A DNA stretch of 64,000 bases from an uncultured Gammaproteobacteria bacterium (GCA_964627245.1 CAZVGS010000003.1:47551-111550), one strand, 5' to 3'. Shown: positions 39,999 to 49,781, counted from the first letter of the stretch. Program-made: numbers and translations. Notes: generated from the sequence alone by a model not told the origin.

Positions 39999-40358
39999 CT
40001 ATCTTATTTTTGATCCGGGTTCAACATCCTTCTCCGGTTGTATAAGAGTAATATTTTCTATATCATCACCGGTTGCTAATATCATTCCTTGGCTTTCTTC
40101 ACCCATCATTTTTCTAGGTTCCAAATTTACGATTGCAAGCAATTTTTTATCAATCAAATCTTGCGGGTCATAACTTTTCCCAAGACCTGCTAATATTTGT
40201 CTTATTTCACCACCAATATCTACAGTTAACTTGAGGAGTTTGTCGGATCCCTCTATCCTGGAGGCTTCAAGAACCTTGATAATTCTAATGTCCAATTTTG
40301 CGAAATCATCAATAGTTATCACTCCGAATATCTTACGTTCTGATAAAATTCCTGTCAA
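39999..40358 (-). CDS. tRNA-binding protein (Trbp111/CsaA, EMAP-like OB-fold)
   Basis: LDIRIIKVLEASRIEGSDKLLKLTVDIGGEIRQILAGL...AIVNLEPRKMMGEESQGMILA is a typical tRNA-binding domain. Confidence 0.8.
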   Translation of the reverse strand: MTGILSERKIFGVITIDDFAKLDIRIIKVLEASRIEGSDKLLKLTVDIGGEIRQILAGLGKSYDPQDLIDKKLLAIVNLEPRKMMGEESQGMILATGDDIENITLIQPEKDVEPGSKIR

Positions 40359-41776
40359 GGTTCTAAATACACAGAGTATTGGCCAATTTTTCTTTTTAAT
40401 CTGTATTTTTCTATTATAAATTTTTCTATTCCATCCTTCTGCTCGTTCTCATCTATAAGTGCAAGTTTTACACTTTTTCCCACAAGAGAATATTTTACAA
40501 GATCCTCATAATAAGCACTATTTGTCGATTCAATGCGGTCATACGGAACCGGATTTTTTCTATCGTAGATAAAATATATCATTGGGTAGAATGAATGGAC
40601 AAAAATATAATCATCAGGTTTTGTCTCAAGCGCTATCAATTTCTCAAGTTCATGGTGTTGTACTTTAAAATTTTCATCCACATAAAGTGAAATTTTACCG
40701 CCTAAATAAGAATTTTGTTCAACTAATGGAATAGCCGCTTTATAATAGTTTTTGAACAGCGCGGTATAAAAACCTGCAGATATTGATATAAAAATAATGA
40801 GATAAGATAAAAGTTTTATTGTAAAAGTAGGAAGTTTGTTGATAAAAATTACTATTAGGATTCCTGCAAGAGAAAGTATTGGATACAGCTCTTCATTGCT
40901 TGAAACCCGCGCCAGTGCAAAAAAGCAACTAAGTATAACCAGCGGAATAAATATGAGGTTATACTTTTTTCTATAAAGAAGTAAGGCAGTAGTTAATAAA
41001 GATGATATTGGAAGTATAAGAAGTGTAGGAGCGTTAAGATGTTCGTAGCTTGAAAGTGTAAGGCTATTCAAGTCATGCATGAATGAGTAGAACATGATGA
41101 AGCTATTCAGATATGAAGCAAAGGAATTAGTTAGAAGTAAATATATTGTGAAAATAATTATTCCCCAAATAAATCCGTAAATAAATTTAACAAGACTACT
41201 TCTGTTCGATTTTGAAATTAAATAGTGGATAGCAATAGGCAAAAGAATAATAATGAAGTTTTGAAACATCAAAAAGGCAATAAAAGACAGTATTCCAATC
41301 AGAAAATGTATTAGTGCATTTTTTTTACTTTCCGAAATGAGAATTAGATATATAACAAGCAGAATTATTGGAAGAGCCATTGTTGTGGGTGATGCAAAAT
41401 TCAAATGGGCTGGCCCCCAAGCTACAAATATTAATACAGATAGCAGACTATAAATAAGTCTTTTTGTAATGCTTTTGACTGTGTTGAAAATAATCCAAAT
41501 CGAGAGCACATTTAATATGAGAATAAGTATTCGTGCTGAAAAAACACTTTCTCCAAAAAGGAGAAAAGCAAAAGATAATATAAATATTCCTAGGGGGTTA
41601 TGAGGATAGTAATAATCTCTGTAGGGAATGCTGCCGTTTAAAAGTTTTGATGTACTATTCAATAAATAGCCTTCTTCACCAAATACTAAACCACGGAAAT
41701 GAAAGTAGCACAATATGGGCAGAATAATAAGGATTAGAATTCTGAAGTATGTTGGTCTCATCCTGCCATAATTCAT
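40355..41776 (-). CDS. GT-C fold membrane glycosyltransferase (PMT_2 / GT39-83-like)
   Basis: 473 aa with about 12 TM helices. An acidic motif in the first loop (GLVFGEEGYLLNS) and a periplasmic C-terminal domain. Confidence 0.6.
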   Translation of the reverse strand: MNYGRMRPTYFRILILIILPILCYFHFRGLVFGEEGYLLNSTSKLLNGSIPYRDYYYPHNPLGIFILSFAFLLFGESVFSARILILILNVLSIWIIFNTVKSITKRLIYSLLSVLIFVAWGPAHLNFASPTTMALPIILLVIYLILISESKKNALIHFLIGILSFIAFLMFQNFIIILLPIAIHYLISKSNRSSLVKFIYGFIWGIIIFTIYLLLTNSFASYLNSFIMFYSFMHDLNSLTLSSYEHLNAPTLLILPISSLLTTALLLYRKKYNLIFIPLVILSCFFALARVSSNEELYPILSLAGILIVIFINKLPTFTIKLLSYLIIFISISAGFYTALFKNYYKAAIPLVEQNSYLGGKISLYVDENFKVQHHELEKLIALETKPDDYIFVHSFYPMIYFIYDRKNPVPYDRIESTNSAYYEDLVKYSLVGKSVKLALIDENEQKDGIEKFIIEKYRLKRKIGQYSVYLEP

Positions 41777-41841
41777 TATATCAAAGACTAACGGGTTTCT
41801 ATATAATTGATTTCACCTGTAAATACATTAACTTATTTCTT

Positions 41842-43002
41842 ATGGATAAAAAACTGATAGTATTACTGCTGGTCGTATTCATAGACCTCATAGGTTTTGG
41901 TATAGTGATACCGATTTTACCGACCGTAATTTCTCACATGGGAGGTGGAGCTCTTTTGGTTGGAGCGGTAATTGCTATCTTTTCGTTATTTCAATTCCTC
42001 TTTTCACCTATTTTGGGGAGGTTATCTGATAAGTACGGCAGAAGACCAATTCTATTTATAAGTTCTTTAATCAACGCTTTTTCATATTTTCTAATTTTCT
42101 TGTCTCAGAGCATTTGGATAATAATTTTAGGCAGAATGATTGCGGGAATAGGAAGTGCTAATCTATCAGTTGCCCAAGCCTATATTGCAGATACGTCTGA
42201 GTCGCACGAAAGAACAAAAAGAATGGCATTGATAGGGGCAGCATTTGGGTTAGGATTTATAGTCGGACCTCTCTTGGGGGGAGTCGTTTCAACTAGGTTT
42301 GGGATTTCTTATGCATTTTTAATACCTGCTGTACTATCATTTATTAATTCAATTCTTATTTATCTTATCCTTCCGGAGTCAAAAAAAGTTCTTCAAAAAA
42401 ATGTAAAAATCCAACTTTTTAGTCTCAAAGTTACTAAGGAAGTATTACGGCCAAAGAATATGTCCTTCCTGCTTTTTCTTTTCTTTTTTGCAAATTTGTC
42501 TCTTGCACTCGTCATTGGAGTTTTTCCCCTATATTCTCATGAAAGATATGGATGGAATGAAGAGCAGAATGGATATTATTTCGGCCTAATCGGTATAGGC
42601 TCCTTTATCACGCAGATATATATAATAGGGCAATTATTAAAAAGATTTAATGAAGCAAAGATTGTTAGAATTGCACTTCTTATATTCGGACTTGCAGTTA
42701 CAATGGTTGGTCTTGTCCCTCTTGGCTGGATGGCTCTTGTTGTTGGGCCATTTACAGCAGTCGGGTTTGGCATGGTTAATGTCGGAGTGCAGTCTCTTAT
42801 TTCATTGGAATCAAAAGCGGAAGAGCAAGGGATTGTCCTTGGGGTTGCCCAGTCTTTCGGATCGATGGCTCGTGTTTTGGGGCCTCTTATTGGCGGTTTG
42901 TTGGCATCATTCCATCTGAATCTTCCCTATTTGGTTTCGGGAGGTTTGGCTATAGTAATTCTCTTCTACAGCCGAAGCTATCTTAAGCATATGAAAAAAT
43001 AG
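41842..43002 (+). CDS. MFS transporter (drug/H+ antiporter-like)
   Basis: 12 TM helices. MFS motif A GRLSDKYGRRP. Start is at the internal Met (MDKKLIVLLL); the upstream part of the ORF-track version overlaps the divergent gene. Confidence 0.8.
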   Translation: MDKKLIVLLLVVFIDLIGFGIVIPILPTVISHMGGGALLVGAVIAIFSLFQFLFSPILGRLSDKYGRRPILFISSLINAFSYFLIFLSQSIWIIILGRMIAGIGSANLSVAQAYIADTSESHERTKRMALIGAAFGLGFIVGPLLGGVVSTRFGISYAFLIPAVLSFINSILIYLILPESKKVLQKNVKIQLFSLKVTKEVLRPKNMSFLLFLFFFANLSLALVIGVFPLYSHERYGWNEEQNGYYFGLIGIGSFITQIYIIGQLLKRFNEAKIVRIALLIFGLAVTMVGLVPLGWMALVVGPFTAVGFGMVNVGVQSLISLESKAEEQGIVLGVAQSFGSMARVLGPLIGGLLASFHLNLPYLVSGGLAIVILFYSRSYLKHMKK

Positions 43003-43005
43003 AAG

Positions 43006-43506
43006 TTATTTGATGTATAAAAAGACACCGTTATCGGATTTTTTTTCTTTCCAATTAGGAAATTGTAAATGGTTACTGACAACCTTAGCGCCCGGCTTTA
43101 ATTCTTTCAGAAGTTTTTTCTCAAGTCTCTTCATCATATGTGGCACTCCCCAGACGGTTATTAAGTCGAACTCCCCAAGATTTTCTCTCCAATAATTTTT
43201 TAGTAAAATTCTTCCATTCGATTTGCTCTTCTTTAATTTATATCTTGAAATTAAGACTAAAAACGGATTGATTTCATATCCGTATGCTTTAAGTCCTCTT
43301 TTGGAAGCTTCGTTCACAATCCTTCCGTCTCCAGACCCAAGATCCAGGAATTTTTTCCCTTTCGTAGTATTTAATAGCTTTAACATAGTATTTATTTTGC
43401 TTTTAGAAATAGCCGCAAATGGTGCACCTCGGAACATGGAATAAGATAAGAGTAAAATTACGTATACGAGTATCAACAGTAGGATTATACTTATAGCAAT
43501 ATCCAT
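43006..43506 (-). CDS. class I SAM-dependent methyltransferase with N-terminal TM anchor
   Basis: Motif I KFLDLGSGDGRIV and motif II/post-I AYGYEINPFLV. 166 aa. Confidence 0.7.
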   Translation of the reverse strand: MDIAISIILLLILVYVILLLSYSMFRGAPFAAISKSKINTMLKLLNTTKGKKFLDLGSGDGRIVNEASKRGLKAYGYEINPFLVLISRYKLKKSKSNGRILLKNYWRENLGEFDLITVWGVPHMMKRLEKKLLKELKPGAKVVSNHLQFPNWKEKKSDNGVFLYIK

Positions 43507-44066
43507 AGATCCGCGGGGTATAGTTTTTTTTCGCTGGGAACAAAATAAAGTGCAACTGAATTAATGCAATATATTTTTTCTGTAAGTTGAGGCTTATCTT
43601 CAGTAATCTGTCCCAGATGTCCACTACACTTGTCCAAAATTTCGATCCTTTTGTATCCGAGCTTGTACTCACCCTTTAGGATAAGAGTATCCTCAGAGAT
43701 TGGATTCCAATAACTTGGCCAACCGGCTCCGGTTTCATATTTTTGCTCGGAACTGAAAAAAGGCTGGTCACAGCCTACGCTAAAGTAGGTTTTTTCCCTT
43801 TTTTTATTAAGCAAACTGCCTGTGAAAGGGTATTTAGTTCCAGCATTTCTTAATATTTCATATTGCTGGGAAGTTAAAAGTTTTTTCCATTCATTATCGC
43901 TCTTAGTTTTGGCATTATTTATTATTCCACGGCTCGTCTGCTCATTGCCTGAGTTACTTGCGTCGGAATTCATGAAAAATAGTGAGAGAAATATAAAGAA
44001 AATCAGAATTACATGTAGAATTTTTCCAAAACTAAAACGATGCATAAATCGATTATAGCAAAGCAA
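43491..44066 (-). CDS. msrB: peptide methionine-(R)-S-oxide reductase MsrB, secreted or membrane-anchored
   Basis: SelR signature FSVGCDQPFFSSEQKYETGAGWPSYW...CSGHLGQITEDKP (catalytic Cys, HLGH-like motif). N-terminal TM/signal segment. Confidence 0.8.
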   Translation of the reverse strand: MLCYNRFMHRFSFGKILHVILIFFIFLSLFFMNSDASNSGNEQTSRGIINNAKTKSDNEWKKLLTSQQYEILRNAGTKYPFTGSLLNKKREKTYFSVGCDQPFFSSEQKYETGAGWPSYWNPISEDTLILKGEYKLGYKRIEILDKCSGHLGQITEDKPQLTEKIYCINSVALYFVPSEKKLYPADLWILL

Positions 44067-44084
44067 CTTCGTTTGGGAGAATTA

Positions 44085-44477
44085 CTATTCGGAGAGCGCT
44101 TGGATGATTTGATCTTTATACTCTTCAAAAATAGATGAAGCATCATCAGATAAAGTTATTTTATCCAGTTCATCAATTCTATAGAACTCAAGTCTCCACC
44201 CTTGTTTTCTACTGATTGAATTTACATTTTCATCAGTCATCCTCGTGTAAAAAACGCTTGAACTATCTTCCTCACCTGCAAGCGGAATTAGAGGAAGTTC
44301 TTGATTATTAACATTAGATGATAGATTCATCTCTTTCTTTAGTGCATAAATAAGCTTGGATTTTTTGTTATTTGTAACTCTAAAAAAATCCCACTTATTT
44401 TCGCTTGGATTAAGAATTACTTCCTTCGAAAAAAGTAATATTTTGTTTTTATAGGTTAATATTATTGAAGAGTTCAT
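44085..44477 (-). CDS. hypothetical protein
   Basis: 130-aa ORF between the ATP-grasp gene and msrB, within a tight minus-strand operon. Confidence 0.4.
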   Translation of the reverse strand: MNSSIILTYKNKILLFSKEVILNPSENKWDFFRVTNNKKSKLIYALKKEMNLSSNVNNQELPLIPLAGEEDSSSVFYTRMTDENVNSISRKQGWRLEFYRIDELDKITLSDDASSIFEEYKDQIIQALSE

Positions 44478-44495
44478 ATTCAGTTTTTTACAATA

Positions 44496-45626
44496 TCAAT
44501 AAAATTGGTGTTGTTTGGGAAAAAAGTGTTCTTTATTGGTATTTGATCTTACGCCTAGTTCATCAATGACTGCAAGAATCAACCTTTTTGTATTTTCCAT
44601 GTCGCCTTCTATAAGTGAATCCCAGGTAACTCCAGGATGACTATTCCCTTCCATTAGGTAGATGTTGCCGTTATTGCTTATGATAAAGTCTAAAGCTAGA
44701 AGTGATTTTCTGCTTTTTATAGCTTTGAGTATTTCAATGGCCATTTCTTTTATTCCTGGAGGAATATCATTTTCCTCTATGTATTTTATGTCTCCTCCTT
44801 GGTGTGTGTTACATCTAAAATCTCCTCTTGCGGAAGTTCTTATGTAAGACTGGATTAAATTTTGTCCGAGATAGATTAGTCGAATGTCAATAAATCCGGA
44901 ATAATTATTGTTGGCATAGCCAGTTTTGAATTTTGCAAAAGGCTGGAGTATGAATGAAAGTTCTTTGTTGTCGCGCAGTATTTTTTTGATTAAACGTTTT
45001 CTGTTATTTTTCTCAGTGCAAAATATATTATTCCCACCTGCACCAAATCTGTTTTTAACAACAATTCTTTTGGAAAAATCTTTGCTGTCAGGATGTTTAT
45101 CAACCAGAATTGCAAGCGCGTCAACAGCTTTTTTAATTGAAGTTTCACTATCATTTCTAATAGTTACGGTCGGAATGGAGAATTTAGTTAATATATCATG
45201 AGTTTTTTGCTTGTCCGAGAACAATCTTGATATCCGCACCGAGTTAAATGGTTCAATACCGTCAGTGCCAAACAATTCACTATGTCTTTTTTCTTGAACA
45301 TCGTTAATTGGAGAAAATTTATCAAATATTAGCGGTGCATAACAATTTTTCTTAACTTTTATCCATTTTTTATTTCTAAATTCCCAGCAAGACTTGAATA
45401 TCCCATTTTTTGTTAAGTCTCTTGAGGTTGTTAATCCGGCTTTAAGTTTTTTATTTTTGCATTGTTCAAGAAAAAAAGCATAACATTCATTATATTTTTC
45501 TCTTTCAGATTTTTTCGAAAAGGGATAGTTTGCATGATTTTCTTTCGAAGAAGCACTTGTTGCAACGCCATCTGTATATACAATTAAAACGTTGTACATT
45601 CTAGGTTTTTTCATTTTATTCAACAA
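44496..45626 (-). CDS. ATP-grasp fold ligase (RimK / glutathione-synthetase-like), substrate unknown
   Basis: C-terminal ATP-grasp motifs KNRFGAGGNNIF, FILQPF, ALDFIISNNGNIYLMEGNSHPG. Its start overlaps the helicase gene end by 11 nt. Confidence 0.6.
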   Translation of the reverse strand: MLNKMKKPRMYNVLIVYTDGVATSASSKENHANYPFSKKSEREKYNECYAFFLEQCKNKKLKAGLTTSRDLTKNGIFKSCWEFRNKKWIKVKKNCYAPLIFDKFSPINDVQEKRHSELFGTDGIEPFNSVRISRLFSDKQKTHDILTKFSIPTVTIRNDSETSIKKAVDALAILVDKHPDSKDFSKRIVVKNRFGAGGNNIFCTEKNNRKRLIKKILRDNKELSFILQPFAKFKTGYANNNYSGFIDIRLIYLGQNLIQSYIRTSARGDFRCNTHQGGDIKYIEENDIPPGIKEMAIEILKAIKSRKSLLALDFIISNNGNIYLMEGNSHPGVTWDSLIEGDMENTKRLILAVIDELGVRSNTNKEHFFPKQHQFY

Positions 45627-46779
45627 AGGTTAGCGCTACGCCTTTTTTTCCGGCGCGTCCGGTTCTGCCAATTCTATGGATATAATCCTCATAATTTGTA
45701 GGAGCGTCGTAATTTATGACATGCGTAACATCATCTATATCAAGCCCTCTTGATGCAACGTCGGTCGCGATCAATATTTGAATTTTATTGCTTTTGAACT
45801 CATCAATGGCTCTCTGTCTTTGATTTTGTGTCTTATTACCATGTATGGCTAGGGTTCTAAAGCCCCGAGTTAGTAAATTTTTTGATAATTTTTCCATTCC
45901 CCACTTGGTTCTTCCAAAGATAATAACCTTGTTAAATTCGGGTCTTATCAAAAGGTCGTGCAAGACTTCAATTTTTTGTTTTCCCCCATTAATCTTTACT
46001 ATATCTTGCTCAACGCTATCAGCAGTATCGGTTTTTTTGACAGATACAGTGATGGGATTTGTCACAAAGGCTTTAAGTATTTCCTCGGTTTTTCTATCAA
46101 CGGTTGCCGAAAAGAAGAGCGACTGACGTTTTTTGGGAAGAAGTGCCACAATGTGTTTTATGTCATGTATAAAGCCAATATCAACCATGCGATCAACCTC
46201 ATCAAGAACGACGTTTTGAAATAGCGATAAGTTTATGTTTCTTCTTTGTATTAAATCTTTTAAGCGTCCTGGTGTTCCTATGACAAAATGAGGATTGTGT
46301 CTGAGAGCATAGGTTTGCCTTTTAATATTTGCACCGCCAATAGTTGTTACCATTTCAAGCCCTGTTCCTTTTGCAAAGATCTTAAATTCATCACCTATCT
46401 GAACAGCCAATTCTCTTGTTGGAACCACAATTAAGACTCTTTGAGATTTGTCAAGATAGGACTTATTTATTAGCGATACTAAAAATGCAGCCGTTTTACC
46501 CGTCCCGGTATTTGCCATGCCTATCAGATCACGTCCGTTTAATATATGAGGAATTGCTTGTTCCTGTATTTTAGTAGGTTTTGTATAGCCATGTTCTAAA
46601 ATATTTCTTTTTAGCTTAGGATCAAGCAAAAAATCATCAAAATTCAATTCAACATTTTCTTCCTGCACTAAAGACTGATCTTCGGCTCTTTTAATAAATA
46701 GAGTTGGATCGAGTTTTTTTTCAGGACGTCTAACGTTCCTTTGAAATCGGTTATTATTATTTCTGTAAAAATTATTCAT
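45616..46779 (-). CDS. DEAD-box ATP-dependent RNA helicase
   Basis: Q motif TKIQEQAIP, I ANTGTGKT, Ia PTRELA, II DEVD, III SAT, and VI HRIGRTGRAG. Confidence 0.9.
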   Translation of the reverse strand: MNNFYRNNNNRFQRNVRRPEKKLDPTLFIKRAEDQSLVQEENVELNFDDFLLDPKLKRNILEHGYTKPTKIQEQAIPHILNGRDLIGMANTGTGKTAAFLVSLINKSYLDKSQRVLIVVPTRELAVQIGDEFKIFAKGTGLEMVTTIGGANIKRQTYALRHNPHFVIGTPGRLKDLIQRRNINLSLFQNVVLDEVDRMVDIGFIHDIKHIVALLPKKRQSLFFSATVDRKTEEILKAFVTNPITVSVKKTDTADSVEQDIVKINGGKQKIEVLHDLLIRPEFNKVIIFGRTKWGMEKLSKNLLTRGFRTLAIHGNKTQNQRQRAIDEFKSNKIQILIATDVASRGLDIDDVTHVINYDAPTNYEDYIHRIGRTGRAGKKGVALTFVE

Positions 46780-47545
46780 ACTTTCTCTAAAGCAGAAAAA
46801 GCGCTTAAAGTATATTGGTTTTATGAAGAGGAGATTGATATCTCTTGTCCCCTTCTATATTTGAAAATGTTAGGGGAGAAGATGCTCATGCGGGCAATCT
46901 TCGACATTATAAACTAATGCTTAAAAAGCTTTTAGGCTTTGAGCAGTTCTATTAATTAAAACTGCAGTAACCTATTATATCATAGTATTTGAGCAATTGA
47001 TACTATAGGGTATTTTTCGAGGTTAATTCTGAAAATTTTAAAAAATCCGTAACAGGGTTAAACCATCTAATGGGAAGTATGCGAGCATCCTACCGGAGAG
47101 GAAAAGCTGGAGGCTTAACTTTTGGGAATTTTATTCCCACCATTAACCGGCCATTTTGCCTATACCGATTAGAAAAGATTAGGGCATTAAATCGTGAAAT
47201 AAATTTGATGTCCTTTTTCGTAGTCTTTAATAAGATATTGGTTAAAACCGATTGGAAGAAAGAAGGCTGTATATTAGAAACATTGGCCAAAATATTGATT
47301 TTAATATTCGCCATAAGGCACCTCACTGGTTGTTGTTTGGATATAGTAAAAAAGTGATCCGATAAGACTTTGCCCAAATACGTTTCTTCCGCCTCCGCCG
47401 ATTTTTTCATGAACGATTTTTAACCTGCTTTTTTATCCTTAATTAAAATATTCGCCTACGATTTTCAGTTTTAAGCTTTTGTGAATGCATCGATAAGATT
47501 ATTATTGCAAGCAGAGCACTACTACTAAAGTGGTATAATTAATTT

Positions 47546-47773
47546 ATGGATTTGCAGACGTCTTATTATGTGATGGGAATAATATTCATGAGTGTCATGT
47601 TTGTGCTCATGATAGCTCTTGTTGTTTTGGTTTTCTATATAAAAGGTAAGATAAATGATATGCAAAAAAATATTGAGGAAAAGATAGAGGTAGTCACATC
47701 ATTCGGGCAAATGGGAGGAAAAGCAGTCGAGAAATTTAAAGAATTTTTAGAAAATAAGAATAAGAAAAATTAA
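47546..47773 (+). CDS. hypothetical small membrane protein
   Basis: 75 aa with one TM helix (IIFMSVMFVLMIALVVLVFYI). Lies within the putative mobile-element remnant. Confidence 0.35.
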   Translation: MDLQTSYYVMGIIFMSVMFVLMIALVVLVFYIKGKINDMQKNIEEKIEVVTSFGQMGGKAVEKFKEFLENKNKKN

Positions 47774-48360
47774 TTATTTAGATTAAGCTTGCTGGAGTCT
47801 TTTTTTGCGAAGTATTCAAACTCGTCTATGTATCGTATATATCCATTTTGTAAAATCTTCTCTACTTCGTAGCCGGGATAAACTTGCGCAAAAATATCGG
47901 GCTGTAGTTTTAAAACGTATTCATAATCCCACTTATTATGACCTGGCCAAATTAAGCGTAGATGTTCAAAAAATCGTGGAGGTTCATATGGAAGCTTGAT
48001 TTTTCCACGTGCAATAAATTTATCGTTCTTGCCCAGCAAGTCTATATATTTTCGTTCTGTAAAATAAGGAACAATTCCAGACCACACTATTCCAACTGTA
48101 GCATCAGGTTTTGTTATTTTTTCAATTGATTTGGCCATTCTTAGTTGATTGGCATTTTCTGACCATGTAGCAGGAGCGGTATACCCCAATGTTTGAGGAA
48201 GCATGTTCTCAGACATTGTAGAAAAACTCAGAAAAGACAAAGTGATAATTATCATAAAAAGCATAGAACCCTTCTTTTGATGAGCCTTTTTAACGTTTGA
48301 CATCAAGTAGTTAAATATTTTGCCGGATGAAAGTACATAGAGAATAAAAAAGGCTGGCAT
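47770..48360 (-). CDS. hypothetical secreted protein
   Basis: 196 aa with a signal-like N-terminus. It occupies the position where a recombinase catalytic domain would be expected. Confidence 0.45.
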   Translation of the reverse strand: MPAFFILYVLSSGKIFNYLMSNVKKAHQKKGSMLFMIIITLSFLSFSTMSENMLPQTLGYTAPATWSENANQLRMAKSIEKITKPDATVGIVWSGIVPYFTERKYIDLLGKNDKFIARGKIKLPYEPPRFFEHLRLIWPGHNKWDYEYVLKLQPDIFAQVYPGYEVEKILQNGYIRYIDEFEYFAKKDSSKLNLNN

Positions 48361-48396
48361 GACGATAGTTAAGTACCTATTGGATGGAGACCGGGA

Positions 48397-49209
48397 ATGC
48401 CTCCAATAGGATACTACAATAGAGCTTTCAATGGAGTAAAAGACATTATTATTGATCCCGAAAGAGGTTTTATTGTAGCCGAAATGTTTGAGCGAGTAGC
48501 AAGAAATGGTGATAGCGGAAGAACACTTAAGAAGTGGCTTGATACTTGCTTAACAACCAGAGCAGGAAAGAAAGTGACACTTAGTCAGATTTATCTTATG
48601 CTCAAGAATCCCTTTTACTATGGTGAGTTTGAATATCCAATCGGAAGTGGTAACTGGTATAAAGGTGCTCATAAACCATTAGTTACTAAAGAACTATTTG
48701 ACCAGGTACAGAAACAGTTAATAGTCCCTAAAAAAGCAAAATGGGGGAGCAAATCGTTTACCTTTAAAGAGCTTTTCAAATGCGCAAGCTGTGGATCACT
48801 GGTCATCGGTGAAGATAGGTACAGAAAGCGAAAATATGGAGAACCACGCTATCACATTTACTATCACTGTACGAGGCAAAAAAAGTATGGTTGCCCGGAA
48901 CCATATCTCACAGAAGACAAGCTCGTAAAACAAATATTACGATACATAAACTTCATGTATATGGCGCATCCGCAGATATTTACTTTTAAAGAATTTGTGA
49001 AAGAAAGTATGGAGGCGTATAAGAAAATGCGAGATGAAATTTTATGGGCGCAAGACATTAACCCTGAAAACAAGCCTGTTCACTTTATGGATTACGCAAA
49101 CTACATTTTCAGAAATGGAACGATGCTGGAAAAACGAGAAGTAACGAATATATTAAATCGGCAACTCTATATCCACAACGAAACTGTTACCTCAGTACCG
49201 TTAATTTAG
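48397..49209 (+). pseudogene. large serine recombinase, N-terminally truncated (recombinase domain plus zinc-ribbon only; resolvase catalytic domain absent)
   Basis: Starts at PPIGYYNRAF (the PYGY-like motif that normally follows the catalytic domain). Recombinase-domain pattern LKKWLDT...LMLKNPFYYGEF, and zinc-ribbon cysteines CASCGS...YYHC...C. An in-frame stop lies immediately upstream (48370-48372). Confidence 0.6.
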
Positions 49210-49211
49210 AA

Positions 49212-49781
49212 CTATTTCGATCGCTTCTTTTGCAACTTTTTCCAAGAAACAGCAACAACTCCAAGAACTAAAAGGCCACCAGTTACTAACATAAAATTTA
49301 TATTAGGATTTGACGACTTTCTTTCACTACCTTCGGAGGATGATAAGTTCTGAGTATTCGCACTCGGAGAATATCCCGTACCTAGTACAGCTAAATCTTC
49401 TGAAGTAAGTGCATCGGGTACTTCTTTATTTCCCATACAGGCATTTGTTTTGAGATTACCTGAGTCCATTTTGAGAAAAAGGAGATATTTTTTATCTTCC
49501 TCAAACGAAAAATCAACAGATATTACTGCTCCTGGAGATTCTTGTCCGCTTACCTGAATCTGAGAAGGTCCATCGTGGCCTTTAAAGTACCGCTCGACAT
49601 TAACTATAGCTGATGTATCCGATACGCTAGATACACGGCCTAACACAATTATATCTGCCTGTTGTTTATATTCCGAAAACGATATAGCAGGAGCGCAAGA
49701 AGCCAATGCAACATGAGGGGTAAAGGATAAGAATGAAAAAAGTGCAATTATAAATGTAAATAGTAAATTTCTGATCAGCAT
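49212..49781 (-). CDS. secreted protein with TIMP/NTR-like N-terminal domain and C-terminal TM anchor
   Basis: Signal peptide ending ...ALA-SCAPAIS. The mature N-terminal Cys, then ADIIVLGRVSSV...YFKG, resembles a TIMP N-domain (C-x-C/P...AD.VI.a.v...FKG). C-terminal hydrophobic anchor plus KKLQKKRSK. Confidence 0.4.
   Translation of the reverse strand: MLIRNLLFTFIIALFSFLSFTPHVALASCAPAISFSEYKQQADIIVLGRVSSVSDTSAIVNVERYFKGHDGPSQIQVSGQESPGAVISVDFSFEEDKKYLLFLKMDSGNLKTNACMGNKEVPDALTSEDLAVLGTGYSPSANTQNLSSSEGSERKSSNPNINFMLVTGGLLVLGVVAVSWKKLQKKRSK

Noticed and set aside
41749-41841. Upstream 31 codons of the MFS transporter ORF (start 41749)
   Set aside because: This part overlaps the start of the divergent GT-C gene and lacks TM character. 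The conserved MFS N-terminus begins at MDKKLIVLLL (41842).
47070-47410. Overlapping ORFs 47070..47357 (+) and 47090..47410 (-)
   Set aside because: They are mutually exclusive and have odd composition (Cys/Arg-rich or Asn/Ile-rich) with no start context. They most likely occur by chance in a non-coding or RNA region.
46800-47545. RNase P RNA or tmRNA in the gene-free gap
   Set aside because: The segment ggaaaagctggaggcttaac superficially recalls P4 elements (GGAAAGUCCGG / GGCUUA), but the two halves are adjacent rather than hundreds of nt apart. No tRNA-like 3-prime end with a UUCGA T-loop and no GGGG 5-prime end for tmRNA were found on either strand. It is kept only as an unspecified ncRNA candidate.
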